The position numbers were made by a program, and so were the translations under genes. A stretch of DNA of 64,000 bases from Centroscyllium fabricii (taxonomy: Eukaryota): the NCBI GenBank assembly GCA_051313645.2, contig JBNRSN020000010.1:16430001-16494000 (forward strand). The letters run 5' to 3'. The notes beneath the pieces are model-generated. The model searched no databases, was not told the origin of the DNA, and saw nothing but the letters and a program-made list of their open reading frames with translations. The number at the start of each line of letters is the position of its first letter. The stretch's first letter is position 1. Positions 49,953 through 62,911 of the stretch are shown here, in pieces.

Positions 49953-52669
49953 TCGCCAAGGTCCACCCTCCAAAAGTCTGATGCCACAGCCGTTATAGAT
50001 TGGTTTCCAACGATACAAATTGACATGGTAAAATGGGACACATTTCAGCTGCAATTTCACGTGTAGAAGTGTGAAGTGTTGTATTTTTGAAGGAAAAATG
50101 AGTAGAATCTTTTTTAAACTAAATAGTAATCACCTTAAGGCGATGCATGGACTGATAGGACTGGGGGATCAAGGGCACAATATCTTCATGTTAGCAGTAC
50201 ACGTTGATAGCGCTGCTAACACACAGACGGAATAATTTGCTTTGTAAATAGAGACACAGAGTATCAAACACGGTAGATATCTTAAATCTTTTTAAATCCT
50301 GTATTAGACCTCCACTGGAGCATTGTGTCCAATTGTGGATACCACCCTTTAGGAAGGATATAAATAACTTGGAGACTATCCAGAGGAGATTGCCTAGAAT
50401 GTTAGCAGGGCTGAGGCGTTTCAGTTTTGTTTTATTATTCTCGTTAGAGCAGGGAAGGAGCACGGGAGATTAATTAGAGGTGTTCAAAATTAGGAGGCCT
50501 TTTGATTGAATAATTTAGATAATGCTAATTCCACTGGCAGAGGAGCTGATAATCAGAGGAGATAGATTTAATGTAATTGGCAATAGTGCAAGTGGGGAGA
50601 TGAGGATACATGTATTTAGGAAGCAAGTTGCTGATATCTGGAAGGCACTACCTGTACGGGCGGATGAAGCAGATCCAATGGTAACTTTCAAAAGGGAAGT
50701 CGAAAAAACATTAAAATATTTTTTTTAATGCAGGGCAGTGGGGAATTAGCAGGTGGATGTAATTGCATCTCTCTTTCAGAAAGTGAGTACAGGCAACATA
50801 GGCGGATGACATATTCCTGTGTCATATCATTCTATGGTTCTATGATTCAGCAAGAAGACTATTTGATGCAGTGTTGCCTAAATCAAGTTCAAGAATTACG
50901 TCATTTTTCTATGGCACAACACGTGTGAAGCTAAGAGAATTTCCTGAACAAACAGCTCATTAATAAATAAATAAATCGAAAGTTACGACGTCTCACAACG
51001 CTTTCAATTGGAAAAAGAATCACCCTGGAATACAACAGTAACCTGGTCTGATTCTGTGGACTTACTGTAGTGTTGATCCATGTTGATCTTTGGTGAAGTA
51101 ATGCACGTGCTGATTAAACGGTGGAAATAAAATATTAACACGCTATAACTTTCTTGACCCCAAACGATTATATTTTCTTCCAACACCTACTACCAGCTCC
51201 CTCCGCCTCACCTTTCACCTCTGATGAGTTTCATCACTTGTTGGTGGCGGGAGAGCAGCCGGAACATCAGGTGGTGTAAAGCTACATTTCTCTCATACAA
51301 GCTGGGAATTACCTTGACACCCGGCCACCAAACACACACGCGCACGCACAGCGCTCGCAGTGGGGTATTTTAACATAACAGACCGGGCACTAACCTGAAA
51401 ATATCATGTGAGAACCCAGTTTTACATCTTCCGCATCCCGCTCCTTAATACACTCTGGTGACTTCATCAGGAGTAAAAGTGCGCAGCGAGCAAATCCGGC
51501 GTTCCCCCGATTCCAGGAGCCAATCTGCCGAGTTACTTTAAAAGTGGTTCAAGAGCTGTACTCATTCGCCCGTTCGGCCTCCCAACGAATCCTACGCCTG
51601 TAGCGAACATGAGAATTTCCTACTCTGTGTGCCTTAGCAGTAAGTTACGGAAGCAGACTTTTTTTATTTTTTTATTCATTGATGGGATGTGGGCGTCGCT
51701 GGCTGGCTAATCCTGCATTTAGTGCCCATCCCTAATTGCCCTTGACAAGATGGTGGTGAGCCACCTTCTTGAACCGCTGCAGTCCATATGGGGTAGGTAC
51801 ACCCGCAATGTTGTTAGGAAGGGAGTTCCAGGATTTTGGCCCAGACTAATCTATGGAAGAGGAAATGCAGAAATTAGCTGTCACACGTGTTGTGAGCATT
51901 TCCTGTATCGGATATCACGGGTATGTCACGAGTTGTAAGGAACTGGGGTGGATTTCTGGTTCTCGGTGGAAGGCCTGGGGGGGAGGCCTTTCACTCAGCA
52001 GACGCATGATACGAAAATGTTATTTCCCTTTTAAACTGGTGAAGAAATTCGCGGAAGAAGGGAATGTCACATGTTACCTTCTTCCTCTAACATCACATGA
52101 CGTGATGTCCAGTTCACTGAGAGACATGTATCTCAGGGAAATGATTGAGCTTTTCTCGCAGTTTGTGAAGATGGAATGGTGCTGGTGAATTTTGTAGGAA
52201 ACTCCTAGCAACTCTGCAAATGTATTCACAAGGAGCACCATGGCACCGCTACTTTGGTATGGAAGTATTTGTTAATAAACCAGGAGGGGTAATTTAACCA
52301 GATCGGTCGGGCAGTAATCGGGCGGTTTCTGGTCTGCCGCCTCTATTAAAGTCCGCCCGATTTTACTCTCCATTGAAACAAGGTAGAGATTAATCAAGCC
52401 TTTCTCTCCTATGCTTTGCTGTACATTGTTGTTATCGGAATGCTTACTTCACTGATTTTAAGGAACGTCGCCTGGTATTCATGATGTTAATTTCAAAATC
52501 ACCGTTAGAATTGTGTCGGAGCGTTTTATTTGTAAATATTTCGATAGAATCTTCTAAAATCGCATCAGTAATATTTAGACTCACAACATGTAATTTAGTT
52601 TAGCACAGTTATTTCTGATTATTTCGAATAATTGTTCAGCCTGCTGCAGGGGCCTCAAACAGCAGTTGG

Positions 52670-53250
52670 ACCACACAGCCATGCTTTTGTTACATTACGT
52701 CTGGACTATTCCAATGCTTTCCTGTCCGCCTTCCGCATTGTAGCATCGGTAAACTTCTGCTCCCGAAACTTCAGCTCCCTGCATCCTAACTCTCACCAAG
52801 TCCAGTTAACACATCATCACCTGATTCGGTTCAATTACTTTGACTCCTGTTCGTGAAACCCACCGTTTTCAAATTCTCATCCATGTTCACAAATCCCTGC
52901 ACGGCATCACCCTATCTATCTCTGTAATGCTCCAGCAGTAAAAGAATCCCATACATTGTCTACAAATCTGTCCTCTTGCGCATTCTCGATTTTTGTCGCT
53001 GCACCATTGGTGGCCGTGCCTTCAGCTGCAAAGTCCCTTAGCCCTGGTAAAACGTCAATAAACATTAATTTTTCTCTCGCTCTCCCTCTCCTCCTCTAAA
53101 ACGTTGCTTTAAATCAATCAATTGACCAAGCCTATCCTAATATCCGCATATGTTGCTCGGTATCAAATAGTGTTTGACAATCTCTCCTGGTAAGGGGTTT
53201 AGATCATGTTACTGCGTTAAAGGCGCTATATAAATGCAGGTTGTTGTTGT
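52670..53250 (+). mobile_element. L2 LINE 3' fragment
   Basis: 'HAFVTLRLDYSNAFL' (L2 RT C-terminus) and tail aaaggcgctatataaatgcaggttgttgttg. Confidence 0.8.
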
Positions 53251-55063
53251 TGATGATAAATGCGTCATCCGTCCTTCAATACTACCGCCCGACTTTCATA
53301 CAATTGGCCTAATCTGGAGGAGAATATAGTCTAATTCTGGGAATTATCGCCGAGCCGAACATACGCTCAAAGACATCGGCCAGAAGCTCACTGAAAATTG
53401 GGCTTCACGCGTTCTCCACATACAATCTGCCAGCTTCAGACGACAATTGTCTGATGCTGCTCATTGGTCGAACCACAGGCAAATTGGGCTGGCGTGGACA
53501 GCGATTCAGACCTTTGGGAAGGGAGGGATGCAAAGGAATCAAGGTGAGCCCAGGTCGTAATCCTGTACCAGCTGACTGCAACTTCAGCCAATCAAAAACT
53601 TGTTTTTACATGCCTTCCGTTGGCGGCCTTTCCAAGATCCAATTAAGGTCCATTACAGACAGAGAGAGGAGAAATTATAACGGGGAATCAGCAAATCGCA
53701 GTGGCATTAATCAAAAATGTATGTCTGTCCTCACCAAGGAGGACATTACAAACATTCTGGATATAGTAGGGATATACTGATCTAGTGGGGATGAGAAACT
53801 TAAAGAAATTATTTTTTGTAATGAAGGAGACTGGAGAAATTAGTGGGACTAAAGGCTGAATAATAGAAACATAGAAGATATGAGCAGGAGTAGGCCATTT
53901 GGCCCTTCGAGCCTGCTCCGCCATTCAATGAGATCATGGCTGATCATCCAAACCCAGTACCCTGTCCCTGCCTTGTCTCCATATCCCTCGATCCCGATCG
54001 AGCCTGCACGACACATATCCCACCCTATCCCCGTAACCCCACATATTCAATCCCCCTTGAAATTGCTGGCCGACAACCTACGTCGTTAAATGAGCTGCCT
54101 AAAGATATAGTGGATGCATTGGGTTTGGTCTTCCAGAAATTCCTAGATTTACTGCTCATTGGAAAGTGTCAAAAATACCGCGATATTCCAGAAAGGAGGA
54201 AGAGGGAAAATTGGGCAGTACAGACCAGTCAAGACTGACATCAATAGTAGAGATAATGCAAATAAAGTTAATCTATTATTTGGGACATGGTAACTTGACA
54301 CTCAGGAAATCATAATGGCCCATGAATTCGGACCGGGGGCTTCCCGCGGGTGCTAGATTGTGACCTGCACTCACATTGTGCGCCGGCTATTGAGCTGTGG
54401 GCCCGCGTGCTATTCTGATCCTGGGCCGCCTCCAACTGCCGGTGCAATATGCGTACATATGCAAGGGGCTCCGTAAGTTCGATTCATCCCTGGGATCATG
54501 TGGACAATGGAGAGATAATGGTAGCTGGGACTGGTTCACCTTGAAGTTTGACAGGAAGAGCTATCAAACCGAGCTATATTATAAGCACCAAAAAGTAATT
54601 AAAATTACAAATATATATTTTTAAATCAAATATTTTAAATAACTGTAAATTACATGAAATAACTATTTTAAATAATAATATATAATTTTGAATACATTAA
54701 TTACATCTTCTAAATGGGCTAAAAATTAAATTTGCCTTTATTTTAAATATTTGAAGAAAATATAACTCTGGCAAAAATATTTTACTTTTAATAAATTCAC
54801 CGCTTACCTTGTGAGAAGCAAGCCTTGCACTTGATTTTTCATATGTAACTCCTGGAGACTTGCGCTCCAGGAGAAAGCTGCAAAAAAGCGCACGCGCTGC
54901 CTCTCCACGCATGCATTCGACCTATCAGCACCTTCTTTTAGGGCAACGGAAGTTCCGGTTTCCCGCGCACGCGCAGTGCATACACGAAACCAGCACTGTC
55001 GTTTGTCCTACGGGTGATTAACCTGCGCGTAGTCACTTGTTAGGTCATGAATTGCAGGTCATT

Positions 55064-55903
55064 GGGCCAGAAATTCGGGTTTGCCGGTTGGTGTGCAACT
55101 AGGTCCATGTGGAGCACTTACGAAGCCCAGCAATATCGGAGTTTTTTTTTCTCAAAACTTGCGATTGGCTCAGCCCCCTTCGTTCGCAACGTGGCAGTCC
55201 AGCCACGTTACGTGCGAAGTGTAAGCCCCGTCCACAGATCCCAAATTTAAATAGAAAACGCCCCCCGATCCCTAATTTAAATGCCGAGATCACGAGTCGG
55301 ACCTTAGTGAGAGCAGGTAAGTGCGGAGCTGCATAACCATCTCGCGGGGAGCAGCGCGGGGCACAGCAGCAGCTCAGAGGAAGAAACGGCAGGTAAGAAA
55401 AGCCATTTTTTCCCGTAGATTTTTAAAATTTTTAAATTAGCTAGAGAGTTAAAAATTTCACAATTTTTACTTTAAAAATTAGCGATTTCAACCAGGTAAA
55501 TTAACTTAAAATCCGATGTTAATTTTAAAAAAAAACTTGAACTTAAAAATTTAATGTTACCGATCTGGCCACACTACTCCAAAAAACTGTAAAAAATTTA
55601 ACTTAAAGTTAAAAAATGAACTTACCTTGCTTAAGAACGTTTCTCTCTACCTCACCAACGAGTTACTCCAGCTTTTTTCAAGAGCATCTGTGGGCTCCGC
55701 TGCCCACAGAATCACTGAAAAAAGGACCCTTTTTCACCCTTTTTGATTCGGAAGTTTTGGGTGCAACTCATTCCTGGGCATCATGCTGAGGGCCCTTTTC
55801 CCTCAGCATCGTAAGTTTTGGATCCGTGGGCATCTCGGATCCGTGGGCATTTTTCGTGGGCATCGCCGTGGGCATCTGCTTTAGGTACCCGAATTTCTGG
55901 CCC
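55064..55903. mobile_element. MITE with perfect 17-bp TIRs
   Basis: gggccagaaattcgggt ... acccgaatttctggccc, flanked by att / aat. Confidence 0.85.
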
Positions 55904-56059
55904 AATTATGATTGGGCAGTGTCAGTGCGGATTAATGAAAGTGAAGCCGATTGACAAACCTAATAGAGCTTTTTGTGTTTGAAACTAGCAAGGCATATGA
56001 GGGGGAAACATTCTAAAATAGAAGACGGCATGTAAATGAGCTATAGTTAGGAAAGGATG

Positions 56060-56816
56060 CTTTGGTTAGAATTTTCCTTCTTTTCCAAATACATCTCCAT
56101 GGAATTTTCATCACTTGTTTTAGCTTCACCCTGCATTTAGTTTGAGTATCTGCATACATACAGGTGTTTGTACAGGAACTCAAATAAATGAGCATATATC
56201 CGGTTTCAGCGGCAATATTCACCTCAATACTGTGTTTGTCGGTTTGGTAGTTGCAAAATTAACAAATGTCAGGCAACAACGGTAAAAAAAAACAGCTCCA
56301 TAAAGTGGACAGTAAAATAATAGATTTCCTTCAGTTCTCCATTTCTGGATCGCTCTGATTCTCACTGCTGCGACCCCGGAGTCCCCTGCGGGCTCTTTTG
56401 GCCACTAAAATACGTCTGATGTCAAAAAATTAAACAGTAATATCAAAGCAAGAGCAAGCCAAGAAAAACAAATGCTTTGTAACTAAGAGAACCTGCAGGC
56501 GATGAAAAAAACCGCACTCTGCAGCAGCAACCCGACGGAACATTGTTCACTATTCACTCAGGTTTATATGCAAATCAAAACACGAGGCTCTGTAAACAGA
56601 TCATGACAGAGACCTTTGTTATAACCGCGGCCGTAGTTCTCACTGTGCAGAACTTGGCTTTAAACTTCTCACAACATATAACGACAAACCGGTCAAAGGT
56701 GAACGAGACTGTAAATCACACCGATGCATGCAAAGTGACACATTGCATGTCCATAATGATCTTACACAAGGCAAAGTAGGAGAGGACTGGATGCGGGAAA
56801 GTGAACTGAAAATCCG
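56060..56816 (-). pseudogene. GPR139-like class A GPCR pseudogene (TM3-TM7; TM1-TM2 not found)
   Basis: Minus-strand translation: CVTLHASV*FTVSFTFDRFVVICCEKFKAKFCTVRTTAAVIT ... LILLFN/IRRILVAKRARRGLRGRSSENQSDPEMEN*RKSIILL ... ETGYMLIYLSSCTNTCMYADTQTKCR. DRF motif at 56686-56694; several stops and frameshifts. Matches the expanded chondrichthyan GPR139-like receptors as I recall them. Confidence 0.88.
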
Positions 56817-57710
56817 CTATCGGTCCAGCAGTCTTCCGTCAAGTACTAAACATATCTTAACAGTAATTGATGGATGATATAATTGAAAGAAAATATTCAG
56901 CTGAGTCAAAAGCGTTCAATGTATGCCCAAGGTAAGCACACTCATGATCGTCACTCATTTCTCAAAATGTCTTTCAAAGTCCCCTGTTGGGTGGAGGTGG
57001 CTACAGTCCGAGGAATTATCAACTTAATGTAGACAGGGAACAGCGGCACAAATGAAGTGTATATCAGAGACACAGACCATCACATGCGTTAGTGATTAAT
57101 GGCGCAGAATTTCGGGTTGCAAGCCTCCAACCTGCACTTAACTAGCGCGCTGGCCGTTGTGCTGTGGGCCCGCCTGAAATTCAGCCTTGCCCTCCCTCAG
57201 AAAAAGGCTGAGCTCCCGGTGGCCACAATCGAGCGACCAGAACAGCGCTTCAGCAGCCGCGCAGACTGATGGGATTGCTGCTGAGATTCACCAACTCATT
57301 CTGTTGGGTCAGTGACTCTACAATGTGGACGTGCTTGGAATCTGTTACATTTACACTGAAATAGTCAACAGCTATTAAACAACAGAATACATTGACACAA
57401 CCGGGAATGGCAAATGTTGAGAGCACGGGGTAATAAATGTCCCTTACCTGTAGAATATTTTGCGTTAGTTACAGTCACATAATAAAAAAGGATGCGATTT
57501 TCCGCTTCAGTGCGCCCGGGCCGCCAATGCCGAAATTCTAAGGCTCAATCCACGGAATTGCTTCCGTTAAAATAATTGAGCAGGAAGTAATCCCAGAGTG
57601 AATATTCTCTGTGCATGACCACTGAACGCTGCGTTTGTTCTTGGGGCGTCATATTATTGCATAAATTAAATGTGTTATGTACTGTAATGATAACTAGCGA
57701 TAACTCGGCT

Positions 57711-58270
57711 CTAACATGACTGGTAATGATCATACCCTAACATTAAAAATAATGACCGTATTCTAACATTGATTGTCATGATGCCATTCCAAAATTACTG
57801 GTGGCGACTCTAATCCAACATTAGCAGTGGGGACATTAAACTAGCATAATTGATTCTGACCACATTCTGACAATACAGGTGGTGATCCCACTTTGCCGTT
57901 GCTGCTGATAAATATAGTCTAACATTATTGGTGTTGGCGCTATCCTAACATTACTGCTGGTGACTCTACTCTAACATTATTGGTGGCTGCCCGACTATAA
58001 CATTAATGGGGTTGATGTTCGTCAAAAGTCGTGACCCTGTAGTAACGTTAGTGATGATGAATCTACTCTAATGTTACGGCTGTTGCAACAACTAAAACGT
58101 TAATGACAACAAACCTACATCTCTATTGCTTGTGTTTATTCAACTCGAAGACTGGTGGTGACCCTACTCTACCATTATATGTTACTGGTAGAACATCTCC
58201 TCTTACATTGGTGGTGGTGAAATTACTTCAATTTAACTGTTGGTGCATGTCCTCTAATATTACTTGTGCT
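57711..58270. repeat. Highly diverged 26-bp tandem array (consensus ~ctaacattactggtggtgaccctact)
   Basis: Twelve consecutive units start exactly 26 nt apart (57711, 57737, 57763 ... 57997), then decay. Confidence 0.85.
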
Positions 58271-58304
58271 ATACATATTCTGAGGTTACCGATGTAGAAA
58301 GACA

Positions 58305-61300
58305 TCCTAGATCCTGCACTGAATTACTGTCGTAATGAAGGTCAACATGTAATTTGCCTTCCTAACTGCTTGTTGCACCTGCATGCCTGCTTTCAGTGAC
58401 TGGTGTACAATGACTCCCAGGTCTCTTTGTACATCTAAATTCACCAATCCAGCACCATTTAAATAATAATTTACCCTTCTGTTTTTCACGCGGAACTGGA
58501 TAACTTCACATTTATCCTCGTTATACTGCATCTGCCATGTATTAGCCCACTCACTCAATTTGTTTAACTCGCCGGGTAGCCTCTTTGCATCCTCCTCACA
58601 ACTCACAATCCCACCTATTTCATGACGTCAGAAAACTTGGAAATATTACATTTGGTTCCCTCTTCCAAATCTTTGATATAGATTGTGAATAGCTGGGGCC
58701 CAAGCACTGATCCTTGCCGTACCTCACTAGTGACCGCCTGCCACTCCCAAAAAGACACATTTATTCCTACTCTCTGTTTCCTGTCTGTTAACCAATTTTC
58801 AATCCATGCCTGTATATTACTCCCAGTCACACGTTAATTAATTTTGCACACTAACCTCTTATCAAAGGCCTTCTGAAAATCCAAATACACCACATCCACT
58901 GGTTCTCCCGTAGCTATTCTACCAGTTACATTCTCAAAAGCTCCAGTAGGTTTGTCAAACGCGATTTTCCTTTCATAAATCCGTGTTGAATTTGGCAAAT
59001 CCCAATGATGTTTTCTAAGTGTCATTTTATCACATCCTTTACAATAAACTCTAGCACTTTCAGTACTGCTGATGTTAGGCTAACCGGTCTGTAGTTCCCT
59101 GTTTTCTCTTTCCCTTCCAATTTTATATAGGGGGATTAGGTTTGCCACCCTCCAATGTGCAACAACAGTTACATAATCTATAGAAATATGCAAGATGGCA
59201 AACGAAAAAACATAGAAACATAGAAACTAGGAGCAGGAGTAGGCCATTCGGCCCTTCGAGCCTGCTCCGCCATTCAATGAGATCATGGCTGATCATCCAA
59301 ACCCAGTACCCCGCCCCTGCCCTCTCCCCATATCCCTATCGAGCCTGCATCGACACATATCCCACCCTATCCCCGTAACCCCACATATTTAATCCCCCAA
59401 ACACTAAGGGTCAATTTATCCTGGCCAATCAACCTAACCCGCACATTTTTGGACTGTGGGAGGAAACCGGAGCACCCGGAGGAAACCCATGCAGACACGG
59501 GGAGAATGTGCAAACTCCACACAGATATTTCCACTATTTCCAGGGCTACCTCTTTTAGTACTCTGGGATGCAGATTTTCAGGCCCTGGACATTTATCAGC
59601 TTTTAGTCCCAATAATTTCTCCAGCACTATTGTTTCCTCCTTCTCACTACAACCTTAGTTCGCTAGCATTTCTGGGAAATTATTTGTGTCCTCTTCCGTG
59701 AAGTAAGAACCAAAGTATTTCTTTAATTGCTCTGGAAATTCCTTATTCCTCATTATACATTTTCCCGTGACTGACTGCCTTCTCTAATGTTTTTCTTTTT
59801 ACATATTTGCAGAAGCTTTTATACTCCGCTTTGATGTCGCTTGCATGTTTACTCTCATAATATATTTCCCCCTCTTAATAAATAAGTTGGACCTTTTTTT
59901 GCTGGATTCTAAACTGCTCCTAATCCTCAGGCTTGCTAGTTTTTCTGCCAACTTTAATAGAAACATAGAAACATAGAAACTAGGAGCAGGAGTAGGCCAT
60001 TTGGCCCTTCGAGCCTGCTCCGCCATTCAATGAGATCATGGCTGATCATCCAAACCCAGCACCCCGCCCCACATCCCTCGATCCCTATATCGACACATAT
60101 CCCAGTAACCCCACCTATTCAACCCCCCTAACCACTAAGGGTCAAATTATCATGGCCAATCAACCTAACCCGCACATTAATGACTCCTCTTCGGATCTAA
60201 AAGTAACATTAATTTATTTTGTTCGTCAAGCTTTTCACAATATATATCAATGATCTGGACGAGGGAACTAGATGTAATATCTCCAAATTTGCAGATGACA
60301 CACAGCTGTTTGGGGGGTATGCTGTGAGGAGGATCTCGTGAAACTCCGGTACGATATGGACAGGTTGATTGATTGGGAAGAAACAAGGCAAATGCACTAT
60401 AATGTGGATAAATGTGAGTTTATACACTTTGGTGGCAAAAACAGGAAGGCAGATTATTATGTGAATGGCAATAGATTGGGAGAATGGGAAGTCCAAAGAG
60501 ACCTTTGTGTTCGTGTGCACCAGTCACTGAAGGTAAGCATGCAGGTGAAGCAGGTGGCTAATAAGGCAAATTGTGCGTTGGCCTTCGCAGCGAGAGGGTT
60601 CGAGTACAGGTACACGGATGTAGCTGTACAGGGACTTGGTGAGACCGCACCTTGAGTATTGTGTGTAATTTTGGTCGCCTTATCTGAGGAAGGATGTTCT
60701 TGCCATGGAGGGAGCGCAGCGAAGATTCACCAGGCTGATACCTGGGATGGCAGGAATGACGTTTGAGGAGAGATTGCGATCATTGGGCCTATACTCACTG
60801 GAGTTTAGAAGATTGAGAGGGAATCTCGTCGAAACCTGTAAAATTCTGTCAGGCCTGGACAGACTAATGCAGGAAAGATGTTCCCGATGGCCGGGGAGTC
60901 CAGAACCAGGTTTCATAGTCTAAGCATAAGGGGTAAGCCATTCTGGACTGAGATGAGGAGGAATTTTGTCACCCAGAGAGTGGTCAACCTATGGAATTCT
61001 CTGTCACAGAGGGTGGTGGAGGCCAATTCATTAAATATATTCAAAAAGGACTTGGATATCTTTCTTAAGGCTAAAGTGATCAAGGGATATGAAGAGAAGG
61101 CAGAGACAGGGTTGTGAATTTGGATGATCAGCCATGGCCTCATTGAATGGAAGAGCAGGCTCGAGGGGCCGAATGGGCGACTCCTGCTCCTCTCTTCTAT
61201 GTTTCTATGATTGGGCTGGTTTTGTGCTTTTGCGCAAGTAAGGAATGTATAACTTTGCAATTTAAGCATTCATTCCTTAAATGTTAGCCATTGCATATCC

Positions 61301-61900
61301 ATCATCATGCCTTGTAATGAAGTTCCCAATCTCTCACATCCAAAAACTCGTCATACCATAGGAGTTTCCTTTGTTTAGATTTATGACCCTAATTCGGTTT
61401 GGACTTCTTCACTTTCCATTTTAATGAAGAATTCTATAATATTATGGACACTCTTCCCTAAAGATCCCCACACAAGATTTTTAATTAACCCCTTCTCATT
61501 GCACAATACTCAAACTAGCGTGTTCCCTAGTTCTTCAATGTACTGGCATAAAAAGCCATCTCGTACACGCTCCAGGAATCCTCCACAGGATTATTGCTAA
61601 TTTGTTTTGGCCGGTCTATATGTAATTAAATCTCACCCATTATTACTGTAGTATCATTTTTCACGCATCTCTGATTTCCTGTTTGATGCCATCTCCTACA
61701 TTACCACTACTGCTTGGAGGCTTATAGACAACTCCTACCAATATTTTCTGCCCCTTAGTGCGTCTTAGCTCCATTCAAACTGATTCTACATCTTGATATT
61801 CTGAGCCAATATACTTTCTCACCATTGCTCTGATTTGATCCTTTACTAACAAGTACATCCTTTTTCTTTTGCCCTGTCCTTCCTAAATATCGTTTATCAT
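58305..61900. mobile_element. Nested CR1 fragments (minus 58305-59950, plus 60225-61210, minus 61215-61900) with SINE tails
   Basis: RT motifs [26 protein letters not shown]; CR1 3' UTR near 61200. Confidence 0.82.
59205..59525 (-). mobile_element. 5'-truncated HE1-like V-SINE; shorter tails of the same family at ~42350-42620, 53862-54058 and 59958-60177
   Basis: Near-identical 3' halves ending in (TTTCTATG)n. Confidence 0.88.
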
Positions 61901-62890
61901 TGGATATTCAGCTCCTAGGTTTGGCACCGTGCAGCCGTGTCTCCGTAATCAAAATGCAGGAAATGGAAGAGACACAGTCAAGGGCCTTGTCAACCATGGT
62001 AGAGGGGAATCCTCGGTTGAGGAAAAAGGAAGACATTTCCGACACAGTAGTATGGAAGATGATATCGTCAGAGCAGATGCAGTGGCGACGGTGAAGCTGG
62101 GAGAATGGAATCGAGTCCTTACAGGATGCGGGTTGGGAAGAAATGTCGTCCAGGGTAGCTGTGGGAATCATTGGGCTTACAGTGCATTTTGTCAATAGCC
62201 TATCCCCAGAGATACAGACAGATAATTCGAGGATGGGAATGGAAGAGTCGGAGATCATATGAAGGTGAATGAAGGGTAGAATTTAGCAGCAAATTGAATG
62301 ACATTTTCCAGTTTAGGGCATGAGCAGGAACCAGCACCGATACAGTCATCAATTTACCAGAAAAACAGGTGAGGCAGGGTACCTAATTAGGAATGCAACA
62401 AAGAATGTTCAACATAGCCCACGAAAACGCAGGCATAACTAGGACCCATGCTGGACCCCATAGCAACACCTTTAATTTAAGGAAGTTATTGGAGTCAAAG
62501 GAGAAGTTGTTCAATGTGAGAACAAATTCAACCGGGGGAGGAGGGCAGTGGTGGTTGGGGACTGGATGGGACTCTTTTCAAGGAGGAAGCAGAGCATTCT
62601 CAGGCCATGCTGGTGGCAGCTGGAGGTGTAGAAGGATTGGACGTTCATCGGAAAAGGAGATGGTTGGGGCCAGGAAACTGGAATCTGATAAAGTGGCGGA
62701 TGGCATCGGAAGAGTCAAGGATGTAGATGGGAAGTATCTGGACAAGTGGAAAAACATTAAATCGATATAACAAAAGATAAGTTCCATGTGGCAGGAAAAA
62801 GGCTGAAACGATTGGTCTACCAGGGAAGTCCTGTTTGCGGAACGTCGGAAGGGGATAGAAGCGGGCAGTCCTTCATTAGGGAACTAAGAG
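61900..62890 (-). mobile_element. Penelope-like element RT fragment
   Basis: 'SCKDSIPFSQL..RHCICSDD..FHTTVSEMSSFFLNRGFP' is the PLE RT C-terminal region. Confidence 0.8.
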
Positions 62891-62911
62891 GTTGACAGCC
62901 ATAGAGAGAAG

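Noticed and set aside
56335-56400. Plus-strand cag|FSISGSL* resembling an MS4A TM2 exon
   Set aside because: It is the antisense of SDPEMEN in the GPR139-like pseudogene; it has a stop and no donor.
57711-58270. CRISPR-like or coding-repeat interpretation of the 26-bp array
   Set aside because: No spacers, no cas genes, vertebrate context; period not divisible by 3 and frames contain stops.
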